35,886 nucleotides of DNA from Candidatus Woesearchaeota archaeon. GTDB taxonomy: Archaea; Nanobdellota; Nanobdellia; SCGC-AAA011-G17; JAFCDX01. Of this stretch, positions 35,201-35,886 are shown piece by piece. A model generated the notes under the pieces. The model was not told where the DNA came from. It made no database searches and worked only from the letters and a program-made list of their open reading frames with translations. The stretch spans positions 1 to 35,886 of the forward strand of contig JAGVZV010000008.1 in assembly GCA_018302265.1 (NCBI GenBank). Direction: 5' to 3'. The stretch's first letter is position 1, and each line of letters opens with the position of its first letter. Made by a program: the position numbers and the translations under genes.

Positions 35201-35284
35201 ATTTAATGATAAAAGATTGGAGTGTATAAATATAATGATTTTAATAATAAATGGGGAGGACGAGGGACGAAGTCATTTAGATGA

Positions 35285-35713
35285 TTAAGCCTTTCTGGAT
35301 TTTTTCTGATCTTCAAAATAATTTGCTACTACTTTTCTTGTAGCATCCCATAATTTTCTTACTTCAGGCCTATATTCAGTATAATCCCAACCAGGGGTTA
35401 ATTGGAATTGTATAGCACTACATCTTGGATAATCCTCTAAAAATGATGAAACCATCTCAAAACTATCAAATGTAAATGATTTATCCACTCGGGTTATATT
35501 GCCGCCAATAGTAAAAGTCCCGAGTTCTTCTATGATTCCCTTTCCATTATTGTTTAAACCCAAAGATATATGTTGTTTTATGTGATAAGAAATACTGGCT
35601 GGTAGGTTTAATACAATATATTTTAACAATGATTTTGTTTCATCCAATCCCAATGGTCTTGGAAAGCATATTCTTACTTTGCTCATCAAATCAGTAGGTT
35701 CAATCCGTGGCAT
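35285..35713 (-). CDS. Hypothetical protein
   Basis: 142-aa ORF with a TATA-like element upstream. Confidence 0.6.
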   Translation of the reverse strand: MPRIEPTDLMSKVRICFPRPLGLDETKSLLKYIVLNLPASISYHIKQHISLGLNNNGKGIIEELGTFTIGGNITRVDKSFTFDSFEMVSSFLEDYPRCSAIQFQLTPGWDYTEYRPEVRKLWDATRKVVANYFEDQKKSRKA

Positions 35714-35796
35714 GACCGAACAAATATATTAATATTTAAATACCTTTGTTACTTCGGATATCCACAACACATTCAGTTGTCTTGAATGTTTTATAA

Positions 35797-35879
35797 GCGG
35801 TTTTAGTTCAGTGGTAGAATGCGAGATTCCCATACGTTGGAAAGATCTCGAAATGCGGGTCCGATTCCCGCAAACCGCA
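35797..35879 (+). tRNA. tRNA-Gly(CCC) with a 12-nt intron at 37/38 (35833-35844)
   Basis: GCGGTTT/AAACCGC acceptor stem, CGAGA/TCTCG anticodon stem, UUCC/GGAA helix with CA|U and AG|A bulges. Confidence 0.92.
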
Positions 35880-35886
35880 CTTTTAG

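Overview
AT-rich archaeal DNA, most likely a DPANN lineage such as Woesearchaeota/Pacearchaeota (inferred from L35Ae, L10e, deoxyhypusine synthase, Taw1, archease, ABCE1, intron-containing tRNAs and TATA-type promoters). The centrepiece is a diversity-generating retroelement (DGR) on the minus strand, about 12540-19479: RHH regulator, MoxR-like AAA+ ATPase, target 3, HExxH-vWA protein, target 2, target 1, a structured non-coding leader with no avd gene, the template repeat (TR) and the RT. It lies between archease and rtcB. Two apparent splicing signals stand out. (1) The TR carries an 18-nt insert absent from all three variable repeats, and its ends coincide exactly with the cut positions of a bulge-helix-bulge (BHB)-like fold, which suggests a DGR gated by tRNA-type splicing. 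(2) The neighbouring rtcB gene is interrupted by a 28-nt canonical BHB intron in the active-site GYDINCG motif. Also present: a decayed second DGR whose TR looks mutagenised itself, two integrase-less insertions (a LAGLIDADG endonuclease in ABCE1 and an AbiE toxin-antitoxin pair in archease) that each replace the host gene 3' end, three intron-containing tRNAs, several pseudogenes and housekeeping genes. All alignments and folds were done by eye; no database search was possible, so novelty is unverified.
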